Made by a program: the position numbers and the translations under genes
Shown: piece after piece, positions 9,411-18,351 of the stretch
Position numbering within the stretch: position 1 is the stretch's first letter
Layout: every line of letters starts with the position of its first letter
From: Candidatus Lloydbacteria bacterium
GTDB taxonomy: Bacteria > Patescibacteriota > Minisyncoccia > Phycocordibacterales > UBA6899
Assembly (NCBI GenBank): GCA_043719805.1
Contig: JAYSTI010000001.1
Location: forward strand, 215,770 to 279,769
Reading direction: 5' to 3'
Length of the DNA: 64,000 bases
The notes under the pieces: generated by a model
What the model was told of the DNA's origin: nothing
Seen by the model: only the letters and a program-made list of their open reading frames with translations
Databases searched by the model: none

Positions 9411-10055
9411 TTACTTTTTGGCCACTACGTGTTGCCCGAGTGGAAATGCCGTATTTCGTTCGTGCTTGTAGCATAAAAGTCCTGCGACATTAAAAAATAC
9501 CACAATAGGAGTGAGCGCCCAGTGGCGCATGTGCAATTGTGCAAGTGCGCACATTGAGTAAAGGTATCCATTCGACGCGCGTGTCTTCACCTCGGTGAAA
9601 CCTGCCTCTTGGAACAAGTGCGCGAGGCCATAGTTCGTATAACGGAAAAAATCGTACGGGGCCTCGTGCACTGGCCACACCATCGGAGTCGTGAGCAGAA
9701 CTGTTCCTCCCACTTTTGTGATGCGATACATTTCTTTTACCACCAAATGCGGCTGCTTCGTATGCTCCAATGTTTCCGTACAAATGACCAAGTCGGCAGT
9801 ATTATCAGGCAGAGGAATTCCCTCGTTTACATCCGCAATCACAACGTCCGTAACGCCACCACGATCTTCAATGTCCACGCCAATATATCTTTCGGCAGTG
9901 ACAAACCTTTTATGAGGGGCGCGTCCGCAGCCAATGTCCACTACCGTGGAAAATTTTTTCTTCGCAGTGTGTGTAATGATAAAATTTGCCTGCAAACGGC
10001 GTACCAAAAAGCGCGTACTGGAAACTATGCGTAATAGAGAAAAAATGCGCTTCAT
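9411..10055 (-). CDS. Class I SAM-dependent methyltransferase
   Basis: VVDIGCGRAP motif I and Methyltransf_11-like core. Probable start MKRIFSLL (10055); the ORF-track start 10124 would overlap the upstream gene. Confidence 0.75.
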   Translation of the reverse strand: MKRIFSLLRIVSSTRFLVRRLQANFIITHTAKKKFSTVVDIGCGRAPHKRFVTAERYIGVDIEDRGGVTDVVIADVNEGIPLPDNTADLVICTETLEHTKQPHLVVKEMYRITKVGGTVLLTTPMVWPVHEAPYDFFRYTNYGLAHLFQEAGFTEVKTRASNGYLYSMCALAQLHMRHWALTPIVVFFNVAGLLCYKHERNTAFPLGQHVVAKK

Positions 10056-10137
10056 GTGGTTCACGTGTGGCACCAAGTGGGCCGAGAATGTAGGCAGTAT
10101 CGCAAATTTACCCCCGCACGGCAAATCTCACTCTTCT

Positions 10138-10881
10138 TTATCCCCTCTTTGCCACCACCAGATTGTTTCCCGTGCCGATGGGGAACAATATGTCGAGCCA
10201 GCCGAGGAGTTTGTAGAGTGGCATGAGATAGGGGTTGTATCGGCCACCCCACGGCTTTCCATGCAAGAGGTGTTCAATCTCCCATGCGAGGTGTCCCCAA
10301 AGTGTAAACGTCTGTCGCGACAGCAGGATCTCAAATCCGGTTTCCTTCATCAACGCGACGAGTGGTGCCATTGGGCGCATCTCTCCAATATGCTCTACGT
10401 CCGCCCAGTCGTAGAAGTCTCCGAACCAGCGTTTTGGCAACACAAAGCGCTCGGTGTCTTCACAGGGAACCGCAAGATACAAAATTCCACCGGGACGAAG
10501 CGCCTTAAAAAACTCTCTCAACACGCGCTCGTTGCCCGAGATATGCTCGAGTGTATCGATTGAAACAATCACGTCTCGAGTCGCGTCCTCGTCCATCAAA
10601 GTAAGATCTGCGGTGTGAAAGTGCATTTGGGGATCTGTGAAGGTTTTCCACTCTTCATCTGCCCTGAGGTCAACTCCTTCGATGTGCGCATTCGGGAAAA
10701 GCTTGCGCAGCATAACGGAATGCCTGCCGTTTCCACACGCGGCGTCAAGAATCGATGGCTCGACCGGCTTCACGTATCCTGGAAGATAGTGCCGACAATA
10801 AAGGGCACGTATCCAGTTCCCGGTATGCACGGGGCGAAACGGTTCATGCGTCAGTAAAAATTTCTTTATAAGTTTGAGCAT
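10138..10881 (-). CDS. Class I SAM-dependent methyltransferase
   Basis: ILDAACGNGRHSVML motif I, plus DTLEHI and LRPGG motifs. Confidence 0.75.
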   Translation of the reverse strand: MLKLIKKFLLTHEPFRPVHTGNWIRALYCRHYLPGYVKPVEPSILDAACGNGRHSVMLRKLFPNAHIEGVDLRADEEWKTFTDPQMHFHTADLTLMDEDATRDVIVSIDTLEHISGNERVLREFFKALRPGGILYLAVPCEDTERFVLPKRWFGDFYDWADVEHIGEMRPMAPLVALMKETGFEILLSRQTFTLWGHLAWEIEHLLHGKPWGGRYNPYLMPLYKLLGWLDILFPIGTGNNLVVAKRG

Positions 10882-11027
10882 ATGAGAAAAATATCTTCGT
10901 CAGATGCGCACCGGGCGACAATCGCCAAAAGTTGCGCTTCGACAGTATATCAGCTCAACGCCGGACTACAAAAATATGGCAAAAGAGGTTGTAACCGCAA
11001 CCTTTCATCGTCAGGGATGCTTATATA

Positions 11028-12293
11028 TTGTACGCCACCCACATGAGCTTACTTCATAATCAAATGAACAAACTTATCCGCTGGGGAGAGCGGAAGGCTC
11101 AAACTGACCTGCGCTACGTGCTGCATGGCGGTTTTTGGCTTTTTGTGGGGCAGGTGGGGGGGGGTGTCACGGCAATTTTTCTTGCCATCGGATACGCGCA
11201 TTATCTCCCCAAGGAGGTCTACGGAACATACAAATACATTTTATCGGTCTTCGGAATACTCTCGCTCTTTTCTCTGACGGGGATGGACACAGCAGTGCAA
11301 CGCGGGATAGCACAGGGAAAAGATGCGATCTTTTGGAAAACATTCCGCCTGCGAGTCATGAGCTGCACGATTGCAGTGCTCGTCTGTGTGGCATTTGGCG
11401 TTTATTATTTTACAAACGGGAACAGGGAGCTTGCAACGCTGTTTTTTGTTTCTGCTCCATTCCTGCTACTCCTCGACCCGCTATCCCATTATAACTCTCT
11501 CCTAGTCGGGAGAAAGCTCTTTCGCGAGAGCTCGAAACTCAGCATCATTCTTCAAGTCGGATCGGCACTTATTATGCTCGGAGTCATTTATCTTACAAGA
11601 AACGTGCTGGGGATAATTTTGGCATATCTCTTTGCAACGCTACTCCTTCGAGGTGGTATTTTTTTGTATGTTACGAGTAGACACCCGCTCAACAAAATTG
11701 AGGACAAAGAATCTTTTCAATTCGGCAAACACCTGACGGCAATGAGCGTTCTTGCGACCATCAGTGGCCGACTGGATGCAATAGTCCTCTTTCATTTTCT
11801 TGGACCCGCAGCACTCGCAGTATATTCTTTTGCGCAAGCCGCCGTGAGCAATATTCAAAATTCGTTCAAGCTCATCACCACAACCCTAGCATTCCCCAAA
11901 ATGGCCGCCCAAGACAAGGAGGTCATAAAAAAAACATTGCTCCGCAAGGTGCGGATTGCGCATTATTTCACAGTCCCCTTGTCCATTGCCGCCATCTTCA
12001 TTATTCCATATTTTTTCCAGATATTCTTTCCAAAATATCTTGAATCAATCCCCTATGCACAAGTAATGACTGGACTACTAGCATTTTCGCCTTTACGTTT
12101 TATTTCAACAGCAATCACTGCAAAGGCCTCGGTAAAAATTTACTATACACTTGCGATCAGTAACCCGATCATTACGAGCGCTGGACTTCTCGTCTGCGTG
12201 CCACTCTGGGGAATTTGGGGTGCAATCATGGCCCTTGCAGTACAGCAATTCGTCGGAAATGTGCTCGCGCTTTATCTATTTAAGAAAATGTAA
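11028..12293 (+). CDS. wzx: Wzx/RfbX-like (MOP superfamily) oligosaccharide flippase
   Basis: About 420 aa polytopic membrane protein. N-terminal region typical of polysaccharide biosynthesis protein family flippases. About 12 predicted TM segments. Confidence 0.7.
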   Translation: MYATHMSLLHNQMNKLIRWGERKAQTDLRYVLHGGFWLFVGQVGGGVTAIFLAIGYAHYLPKEVYGTYKYILSVFGILSLFSLTGMDTAVQRGIAQGKDAIFWKTFRLRVMSCTIAVLVCVAFGVYYFTNGNRELATLFFVSAPFLLLLDPLSHYNSLLVGRKLFRESSKLSIILQVGSALIMLGVIYLTRNVLGIILAYLFATLLLRGGIFLYVTSRHPLNKIEDKESFQFGKHLTAMSVLATISGRLDAIVLFHFLGPAALAVYSFAQAAVSNIQNSFKLITTTLAFPKMAAQDKEVIKKTLLRKVRIAHYFTVPLSIAAIFIIPYFFQIFFPKYLESIPYAQVMTGLLAFSPLRFISTAITAKASVKIYYTLAISNPIITSAGLLVCVPLWGIWGAIMALAVQQFVGNVLALYLFKKM

Positions 12294-12350
12294 ACATCAA
12301 GATTTTCGCATGATGTCCATTTGGCAAACGTGCTAAGAATACGGTGATTT

Positions 12351-13235
12351 TCAATTTAAAATTTCCGTGAGTGACGTACGAGAAATATCAGTTTTGGAAT
12401 AAGCCTCCCAGAGACGTTCGTCGTCCTTCCCGCCCAGCATCTGAAATCGACGATAACCCAATGACTTGAGTTTGTCGCGCAACCCCTGAACATTCCCCCC
12501 GAGATTGGCAATGTCTGTGGGATGAAATTCAATAAAGAGCGTTGGTGCATCGTCCCGCACCAATGACTCGGGGAGGTTGTTGATTACAAAATACTCGGCC
12601 CCCTCGATGTCCATCTTAATAAGCGTTGGCATACCAAACTCCTGAAAATAACCATCAAGCGCCCTAGTGCGCACCTCAAGTGGAGGGGCAGACGCTTTTT
12701 TGTTGACCGACTCTTGCGATTTAAATATCTTTCCTACGCCAAAATTCCCCTCACGGTGCGGATAAAACGTTACTGTTCCTTCTTTACCAGAAACTGCCTC
12801 AGGGACAACGGTTATTCGTTCCGAAAGATGATTCAATTCAATATTGCAAGATAGCCACTCTTGCATTTCCGGGCAAGGCTCAAATGAGTAGATGCGTGCA
12901 CCATGCGATGCAGCAAGGATAGAATAATATCCAATATTTGCCCCAATATCATAAAGTACCGTATCACTACCGATCAAACTAAGAAATATCTGCACTTGGG
13001 TATTTTCAAAATCACCGGAATAGTACATTCGCTTACCTAGCGACTCACCGGTAAAGATCTTCAGTTTTATTCCATTTGCATTAACCACGGTAGAAAAATT
13101 GCGCATACCAGGAGGCATCATTGTGAGCATTTTTGAAGCAAGCTTCGGATGCACGTTCCGCATTATCCAACCTACCGTCCATGGAATGGCGTGGCCGTCT
13201 TTGATTGCGCTTTTGGGAGTCAACATAATGGTCAA
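12351..13235 (-). CDS. FkbM-family methyltransferase
   Basis: YDIGANIGYYS and KMDIEGAEYFV motifs characteristic of the FkbM family (Methyltransf_21). Confidence 0.8.
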   Translation of the reverse strand: MTIMLTPKSAIKDGHAIPWTVGWIMRNVHPKLASKMLTMMPPGMRNFSTVVNANGIKLKIFTGESLGKRMYYSGDFENTQVQIFLSLIGSDTVLYDIGANIGYYSILAASHGARIYSFEPCPEMQEWLSCNIELNHLSERITVVPEAVSGKEGTVTFYPHREGNFGVGKIFKSQESVNKKASAPPLEVRTRALDGYFQEFGMPTLIKMDIEGAEYFVINNLPESLVRDDAPTLFIEFHPTDIANLGGNVQGLRDKLKSLGYRRFQMLGGKDDERLWEAYSKTDISRTSLTEILN

Positions 13236-13318
13236 TTATACACACGACCGGTTTGCGGCACAAGCCGTCTTCCTACTCCATTTCAAGAGTAATACAGTAG
13301 CAAATATCGAAATTTTGA

Positions 13319-14194
13319 TTATCTCTTCAGGCAAGTATATAGCCAGTGAAAAAGATAACGTGGATTTTTACTTAGCAAAAATGCTTTCATGAAATATTGT
13401 TTTGCTTTTTCTGATTGTCCGGCATCACGGCACCACAGCGCAAGCCAGAAAATAAGCAGAGCGAGCTCGCGTGGATGCTGTGCATATAAAACCATATGCT
13501 TCTCGAGGAGTAGCTCTCTCCCCTTGATGCGCCGATCCAAGTTGCCTCCGATGTGCTCACCGCGCGCCGAGAGCATGTTCATACGCACAAGAGGCTTCGC
13601 GATGCCTATTCCTTTGTATTTCTGACCGATTCGCAACAAAAGATCGATCTCCTGGTGGCTCGGGAGTGACGCGTCAAACATACCGACATCCGCAAAAACT
13701 GAACGCCGAACCACGAGCGAGCTCGTGAGAAATCCTTTGAACCGGATGAGTATGATAGGTAGAAAATTGCGGACTCCGGGTACGACACGATTCACAACCT
13801 CGCCATTATCGGTAGTATTTGACACGCTCGTAACGGAGAATCCTACGTCTGGAGCAGTTTTCGTGAACTCCTCCAGTTGCAGGGCCAACTTCTCCGGCAA
13901 CCATTCGTCGTCGTCATCAAGAAACGCCACATACTTCCCCTTCGACTCACTAATGCCCACATTTCGCGTTGCTCCACCACCACGTTTTGGCGGGTCATTT
14001 TTAAGATATCGGATTCTTGGATCATGAAAACTCCCTACGACGTCCCTCGCCCCTATCTTATCTCCATCATCGACGACGACAATTTCGTAGTCGGTGAATG
14101 TCTGAGCCAATACGGATCGTAAGGCTCGCGCAACGAGCTCAGGGCGATTGAATGTCGGAACGACGACGGAAACGAGTGGTGATGATGTGGCCAT
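13319..14194 (-). CDS. GT2-family glycosyltransferase
   Basis: VSVVVPTFNRPELVARALRSVLAQTF...EIVVVDDG...VAFLDDDDEW: GT-A DXD-type motifs. Confidence 0.8.
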   Translation of the reverse strand: MATSSPLVSVVVPTFNRPELVARALRSVLAQTFTDYEIVVVDDGDKIGARDVVGSFHDPRIRYLKNDPPKRGGGATRNVGISESKGKYVAFLDDDDEWLPEKLALQLEEFTKTAPDVGFSVTSVSNTTDNGEVVNRVVPGVRNFLPIILIRFKGFLTSSLVVRRSVFADVGMFDASLPSHQEIDLLLRIGQKYKGIGIAKPLVRMNMLSARGEHIGGNLDRRIKGRELLLEKHMVLYAQHPRELALLIFWLALWCRDAGQSEKAKQYFMKAFLLSKNPRYLFHWLYTCLKR

Positions 14195-14268
14195 ATATTA
14201 GGAAAGCTTCACATTAAATTTTTTTACCCAAACTGAGAATTGTACGTTGGAAGTCTGCATTTAGTCTT
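14143..14268. repeat. Junction repeat copy 1: 5' end and leader of the GT2 gene plus a relic of the asnB 3' end
   Basis: About 94% identical to 15796-15927. Contains the GT2 start (MATSSPLVSVVVPTFNRP) on the minus strand, plus ttaggaaagcttcacattaaattttttt, which encodes ...VWVKKFNVKLS* (the asnB C-terminus) on the minus strand. A further degenerate partial copy lies at 14276-14325. Confidence 0.7.
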
Positions 14269-14401
14269 GCCCTCGAGCTCGCAGCGGTTGAATGTTGAAA
14301 TTACGACGGAAACACGGAGCATGGTGCTCTTTATAACCGACAAATAAGGTTATGGGTAGTATGGTGATAAACAAAGCACATTCTCGGATATTGTGTTCTT
14401 G

Positions 14402-15109
14402 TTAATTTTCTCCATCAAGAGCGAGTCTGAGAAAGAAAATAGCTTCGGTGCGTAATTTTGTGCGCACCCAATCCTTTTCCTTTTCTGTATGCAAAAGCTC
14501 ACCAAGACCGGAAAGCATGTCTCTATCCGCAACCAGATCCAAAGAATCGATTAATTTTTGCAGAACGACTTTGTAAGAAAGTCCGGTACGCATCTCAATT
14601 ATTCGCGCGTTAATCGGCCAGCTGTTCTTGCAAAAAAACCAAACATCAAAAATATCACGATTTGCGGTGTCTCCTCGCTCGTACATAGCCACTATTTTAT
14701 GAGCAAAGATGTCTTCCCGCGTCATCACCTTCATTGCAATTCCAAGATGCTCCTTGACTTCATATGTTGAGCCAAATTGTCGGGAACTAATGTCTATTTT
14801 TACATTCTGTGCCCAGGCCTCTTTGTTGGCATATGAAAGATTAAAAAATAAATTTTCGTACTTGTTGTCTTGATTTTTAATTTCACCGTACTGTGCCAAT
14901 ATCTGCCCAACTCGCTCAAATACGTATTCTCTTTTCTCTATATCGAGAAGGTCAAAATCGAGATCTACAGAAAAACGAGGAAGGTTGTAGAAAAGATACA
15001 CTGCCGTTCCTCCCTTAAATCCCAGAAAAGGACCGATGGTTGAATCAGAAAAAACATCCTTAAGAATCCGTATCAAAATCGCCCTATGTGTGGGAATGTG
15101 TAATGTCAT
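14402..15109 (-). CDS. abiEii: AbiEii/AbiGii-family nucleotidyltransferase toxin (type IV TA / abortive infection)
   Basis: LGFKGGTAVYLFYNLPRFSVDLDFDLL matches the GGTAL...R.S.DLDF signature of AbiEii/DUF1814 nucleotidyltransferases. AT-rich. Confidence 0.75.
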   Translation of the reverse strand: MTLHIPTHRAILIRILKDVFSDSTIGPFLGFKGGTAVYLFYNLPRFSVDLDFDLLDIEKREYVFERVGQILAQYGEIKNQDNKYENLFFNLSYANKEAWAQNVKIDISSRQFGSTYEVKEHLGIAMKVMTREDIFAHKIVAMYERGDTANRDIFDVWFFCKNSWPINARIIEMRTGLSYKVVLQKLIDSLDLVADRDMLSGLGELLHTEKEKDWVRTKLRTEAIFFLRLALDGEN

Positions 15110-15110
15110 A

Positions 15111-15737
15111 CTATTTTACTGACTTCGCTAATTTATTAACGGTTTCTTCCATGCGCTTATTTCCGTCATAAATAGGCAAAAGTGCGTAAACCTTTTCCCA
15201 ATTAATGGGGCGTAAATTATCAAAATGATAGCGTTTGTTGAGGTAGAGTACATCCAAAAATGCGCGCTCTGTGGATGCAATACTATATCCTGCTTCATTT
15301 GCCATTCCGAGATTGCTCGTGAGGATATTTTCTTTCACCCTTCGAAAAGAATATTTTTGACTACCAAGGGTTAACTCTTTTGACTGGTATGATGCAAGAA
15401 ATATTTGTGAGTAATACTGAAAAGTAACACCGGCGGAACCGAGAACCGTTTCGAAGCTAATGTACGATGGAATGAATATTTTCGTAGCAAGTTCATTCTT
15501 GTTATAATCATTATCTTTCGCGTAGAGACCCCGTCGGAGCCGCAGGAGTTTCCCCGCTTTCGCATATGAGTTTAATCGCACCCTTACTGCGTTTGTTCCC
15601 TCTTCGCCCCAAAGCAAAGCGATCTCTTTGTTTGAAAAGACTGTTTTTGGAGACCGAAGTAAAATTTCCAAATATTCACCCTTTGTAGCTTTTTTGTTCA
15701 TAATGTCGCTGGAAGTTAGCTTAAAGCTAACTTCCAA
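15111..15737 (-). CDS. abiEi: AbiEi-family antitoxin / transcriptional regulator
   Basis: N-terminal AbiEi_4-like wHTH (KGEYLEILLRSPKTVFSNKEIALLWGEEGTNAVRVRLNSYAKAGKLLRLRRGLYA). Immediately upstream of abiEii with a 1-bp gap. Confidence 0.7.
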   Translation of the reverse strand: MEVSFKLTSSDIMNKKATKGEYLEILLRSPKTVFSNKEIALLWGEEGTNAVRVRLNSYAKAGKLLRLRRGLYAKDNDYNKNELATKIFIPSYISFETVLGSAGVTFQYYSQIFLASYQSKELTLGSQKYSFRRVKENILTSNLGMANEAGYSIASTERAFLDVLYLNKRYHFDNLRPINWEKVYALLPIYDGNKRMEETVNKLAKSVK

Positions 15738-15795
15738 CTCTTATTATTGCATATTTTCAGAAACATTGCAAGTGCGGGGCAAGATTGTCCGCCCG

Positions 15796-15927
15796 GCCAT
15801 GGGGGCGATTGAATGTCGGGATGACGACGGAAACGAGTGGTGATGATGTGGCCATATATTAGGAAAGCTTCACATTAAATTTTTTTACCCAAAATGGGAA
15901 TTGTACATTGGAAGTCTGCATTTAGTC
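15796..15927. repeat. Junction repeat copy 2: duplicated GT2 5' fragment plus asnB 3' relic
   Basis: Minus strand encodes MATSSPLVSVVIPTFNRP followed by out-of-context sequence. Contains ttaggaaagcttcacattaaattttttt as in copy 1. A third, genuine copy of the asnB 3' end is at 16483-16556. Confidence 0.7.
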
Positions 15928-15982
15928 TTGCTGTAGTCACCATGTCGCGCAATGACAAAATATATTTTCTCGCACGGCATCC

Positions 15983-16246
15983 TTACTCCGAATAAAAGTA
16001 TTTGCGAAGTGTCTCATCGGACACATAGGCAAGTGCTTGCACATATATTGCACGAAGTGTCCCCGCTCGAATAGTGGTATGGTTTGGAATTATTAGGGTT
16101 TGCTTACGTCCGTCAATCGTGCGCCTCAATTTTATGTGCCCGCCACACTGGTTGAGCACAAGGAAATCGTTTGACACAAAAAATTTCACCAGATCACCGC
16201 CGGAAACATCTTTTAACTTAGGCATAATCAAGCTGTGGCACTTCAA
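15983..16246 (-). CDS. hicA: HicA-family mRNA interferase toxin
   Basis: 87 aa. MPKLKDVSGGDLVKFFVSNDFLVLNQCGGHIKLRR...TLIIPNHTTIRAGTLRAIYVQA matches the YcfA/HicA fold signature. Confidence 0.7.
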   Translation of the reverse strand: MKCHSLIMPKLKDVSGGDLVKFFVSNDFLVLNQCGGHIKLRRTIDGRKQTLIIPNHTTIRAGTLRAIYVQALAYVSDETLRKYFYSE

Positions 16247-16448
16247 TGTTCATCAGTAGTGAGGGGTGACTCGAAAGCCCAAGCTCGGCAAGATTCTCAC
16301 CTTCCACGTACAACAAGGTCGCCTCGCGAATATTTTCCTGTAAAGCATCGAGGGTATCCGCCTCGGTAACAATGGGATGACCAACGGCAGTGGCGACATA
16401 GTAGCCCTCGTGTTCTCGTGAAATAGAAAATTGAATAATATTTTTCAT
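16218..16448 (-). CDS. hicB: HicB-family antitoxin (short form)
   Basis: 76 aa. YYVATAVGHPIVTEADTLDALQENIREATLLYVEG matches the HicB/UPF0150 N-terminal domain. Overlaps hicA by 29 bp. Confidence 0.6.
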   Translation of the reverse strand: MKNIIQFSISREHEGYYVATAVGHPIVTEADTLDALQENIREATLLYVEGENLAELGLSSHPSLLMNIEVPQLDYA

Positions 16449-16490
16449 ACATGCATCATAACACGAGTTCAGCAGAAAATCAAAACTATT

Positions 16491-18350
16491 TTAGGAAAGC
16501 TTCACATTGAATTTTTTTGCCCAGACTTGGAATTGGACGATGGGGAGGAACTCCATGAGGTCTGCTTTCTCGAAGTGGACTTTTCCGTCGAGCGACCGCT
16601 TCTTGAGTGTGACAAAATCAAAAAGCTCTGCTGTGGGAGGGTAATACTCGGGGGTAAGAACGTCTCTCACCATCGCTCCAAATTCCCCCGACATCCATTC
16701 CGCTATCGGGGCGTTCCAACCGGTCTTCTTTTTATTGAGAATATAATCAGGGAGTTTTCCTTTGTATGCCTCCCGCACAAGTGATTTTTTCCCCATTCGC
16801 AATTTTTCCTGAGACGGTATGCCGTTCGCATAGCACACGAGGTCATTCGCGAGAAACGGAAACCTCCCTTCCATGCCAAAATGCATAATGACTTTATCGG
16901 TCCGCATGAATTCTTCGTTCGCAAGCCAGAACCATCGATCAAGTTCTGCAATCGCATTTACACGATCCCCGAGCGGGTCACTGAGCGGAGGAATGTCGGT
17001 ACCGAGAAAACTCCGCGTCGCATCCACCATGTCAAAACCATTCATAAAACGAAATGCGGGATTTCCGGAAGGAGGCGTAATTTTGTTCACGTATGCCCAC
17101 AACGAAATGTCTTCCCCGAGATGTAATATGTGTCCTGGTTTTACAAACCCACTCTTGAATCCCTCAACCGTGTACCGCGCGTCAAGAAGAAATTTTGGGT
17201 AGCGTTCATATTTTGCGGCTATATTTTTTGCATTCTGGTATCTCGGATAGCCCAAAAAGAGTTCGTCGCCGCCCGAACCATTGAGCACAACAGTGATGTC
17301 TTTTGATGCCATTTGTGCCAAGAGCCAATATGCGGGAACAGATGGGTTGTACCTTGGCTCTTCCATGGCCAAAATTGCCGCCTCATAAGTATCAATGAAC
17401 ATGCGCTCAGTAACAAGAAGCTCGTGATGAGCGATACGATAATCATCTGCAAGCCTCGCGGCAAGGTCTGCGTCTTCGTTGAACCTTGCATCTTTTGCCT
17501 CAAAGCGGGTTGTGTAGGTGTTCACCATCCCTCGCTCGCTCTCAGCGAGCTCATGGAGTATCACCGTTGAATCGAGTCCCCCGGAAAGAAAGAGTCCAAA
17601 CGGTCGCAGTCCCATGGTGTGCCCACGCACAGAATCACCAAATTTTTGCCGAAGCGCGGCAGGCGAGAACACTGCGTCCTTATCAATGCGGTCACTCCAC
17701 CCAAACCATTCATCACGCTCCTTGCCTGACGCAAGGTCAACCTCTTTCCATGAACCGGGTGGCAACTTTGATATGCCACTGACGAGCGTCTCCTTCGTCG
17801 GAGTATATCCGAACACAAAAAACGAGCGCGCCACTTCAATATTGAGAACCCGCGGCACGCCATAAGCAAAAAGTCCGCGCATTTCCGAAGAAAAGACAAG
17901 CGCCTCGTCATGGCGAGCCATGTAAAGTGGCTTCATCCCGGCGCGGTCGCGGGCCAAAAACACTTTTTGCTTTCGTTTGTCATAAAATGCGATGGCGAAC
18001 ATGCCGTCGAGACGAGAAAAATATGAAGGCCCATGACGCATCAGTCCTTCAAATATCACCTCCGTATCTCCGTCCGTGTGAAAAATTGCCCCCTCCCCCT
18101 CAAGTTCTTTTCTGAGTGTCTTGTAATTATAAATTTCACCGTTATAGACGAGGACATAATTCCCATCTTTTGATTCGTACGGCTGCTTGGCATTGACCGG
18201 AGTTTCTGTGATGGCAAGAAGATTCTGTCCGAATGTCACGTGCTCGTCACGAAATACCCCGACACCGTCGGGCCCGCGGTGCTTCGTCGCCTCGTTCATG
18301 CGCTCGATGCCGCCCGTCTCTTTTTTTAATATGCCGTTTATTCCACACAT
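16491..18350 (-). CDS. asnB: Asparagine synthase (glutamine-hydrolysing)-type amidotransferase, as found in glycan clusters
   Basis: Starts MCGI (Ntn class II glutamine amidotransferase nucleophile Cys2). 619 aa. AsnB synthetase-domain SGGLDS motif. Confidence 0.9.
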   Translation of the reverse strand: MCGINGILKKETGGIERMNEATKHRGPDGVGVFRDEHVTFGQNLLAITETPVNAKQPYESKDGNYVLVYNGEIYNYKTLRKELEGEGAIFHTDGDTEVIFEGLMRHGPSYFSRLDGMFAIAFYDKRKQKVFLARDRAGMKPLYMARHDEALVFSSEMRGLFAYGVPRVLNIEVARSFFVFGYTPTKETLVSGISKLPPGSWKEVDLASGKERDEWFGWSDRIDKDAVFSPAALRQKFGDSVRGHTMGLRPFGLFLSGGLDSTVILHELAESERGMVNTYTTRFEAKDARFNEDADLAARLADDYRIAHHELLVTERMFIDTYEAAILAMEEPRYNPSVPAYWLLAQMASKDITVVLNGSGGDELFLGYPRYQNAKNIAAKYERYPKFLLDARYTVEGFKSGFVKPGHILHLGEDISLWAYVNKITPPSGNPAFRFMNGFDMVDATRSFLGTDIPPLSDPLGDRVNAIAELDRWFWLANEEFMRTDKVIMHFGMEGRFPFLANDLVCYANGIPSQEKLRMGKKSLVREAYKGKLPDYILNKKKTGWNAPIAEWMSGEFGAMVRDVLTPEYYPPTAELFDFVTLKKRSLDGKVHFEKADLMEFLPIVQFQVWAKKFNVKLS

Positions 18351-18351
18351 A

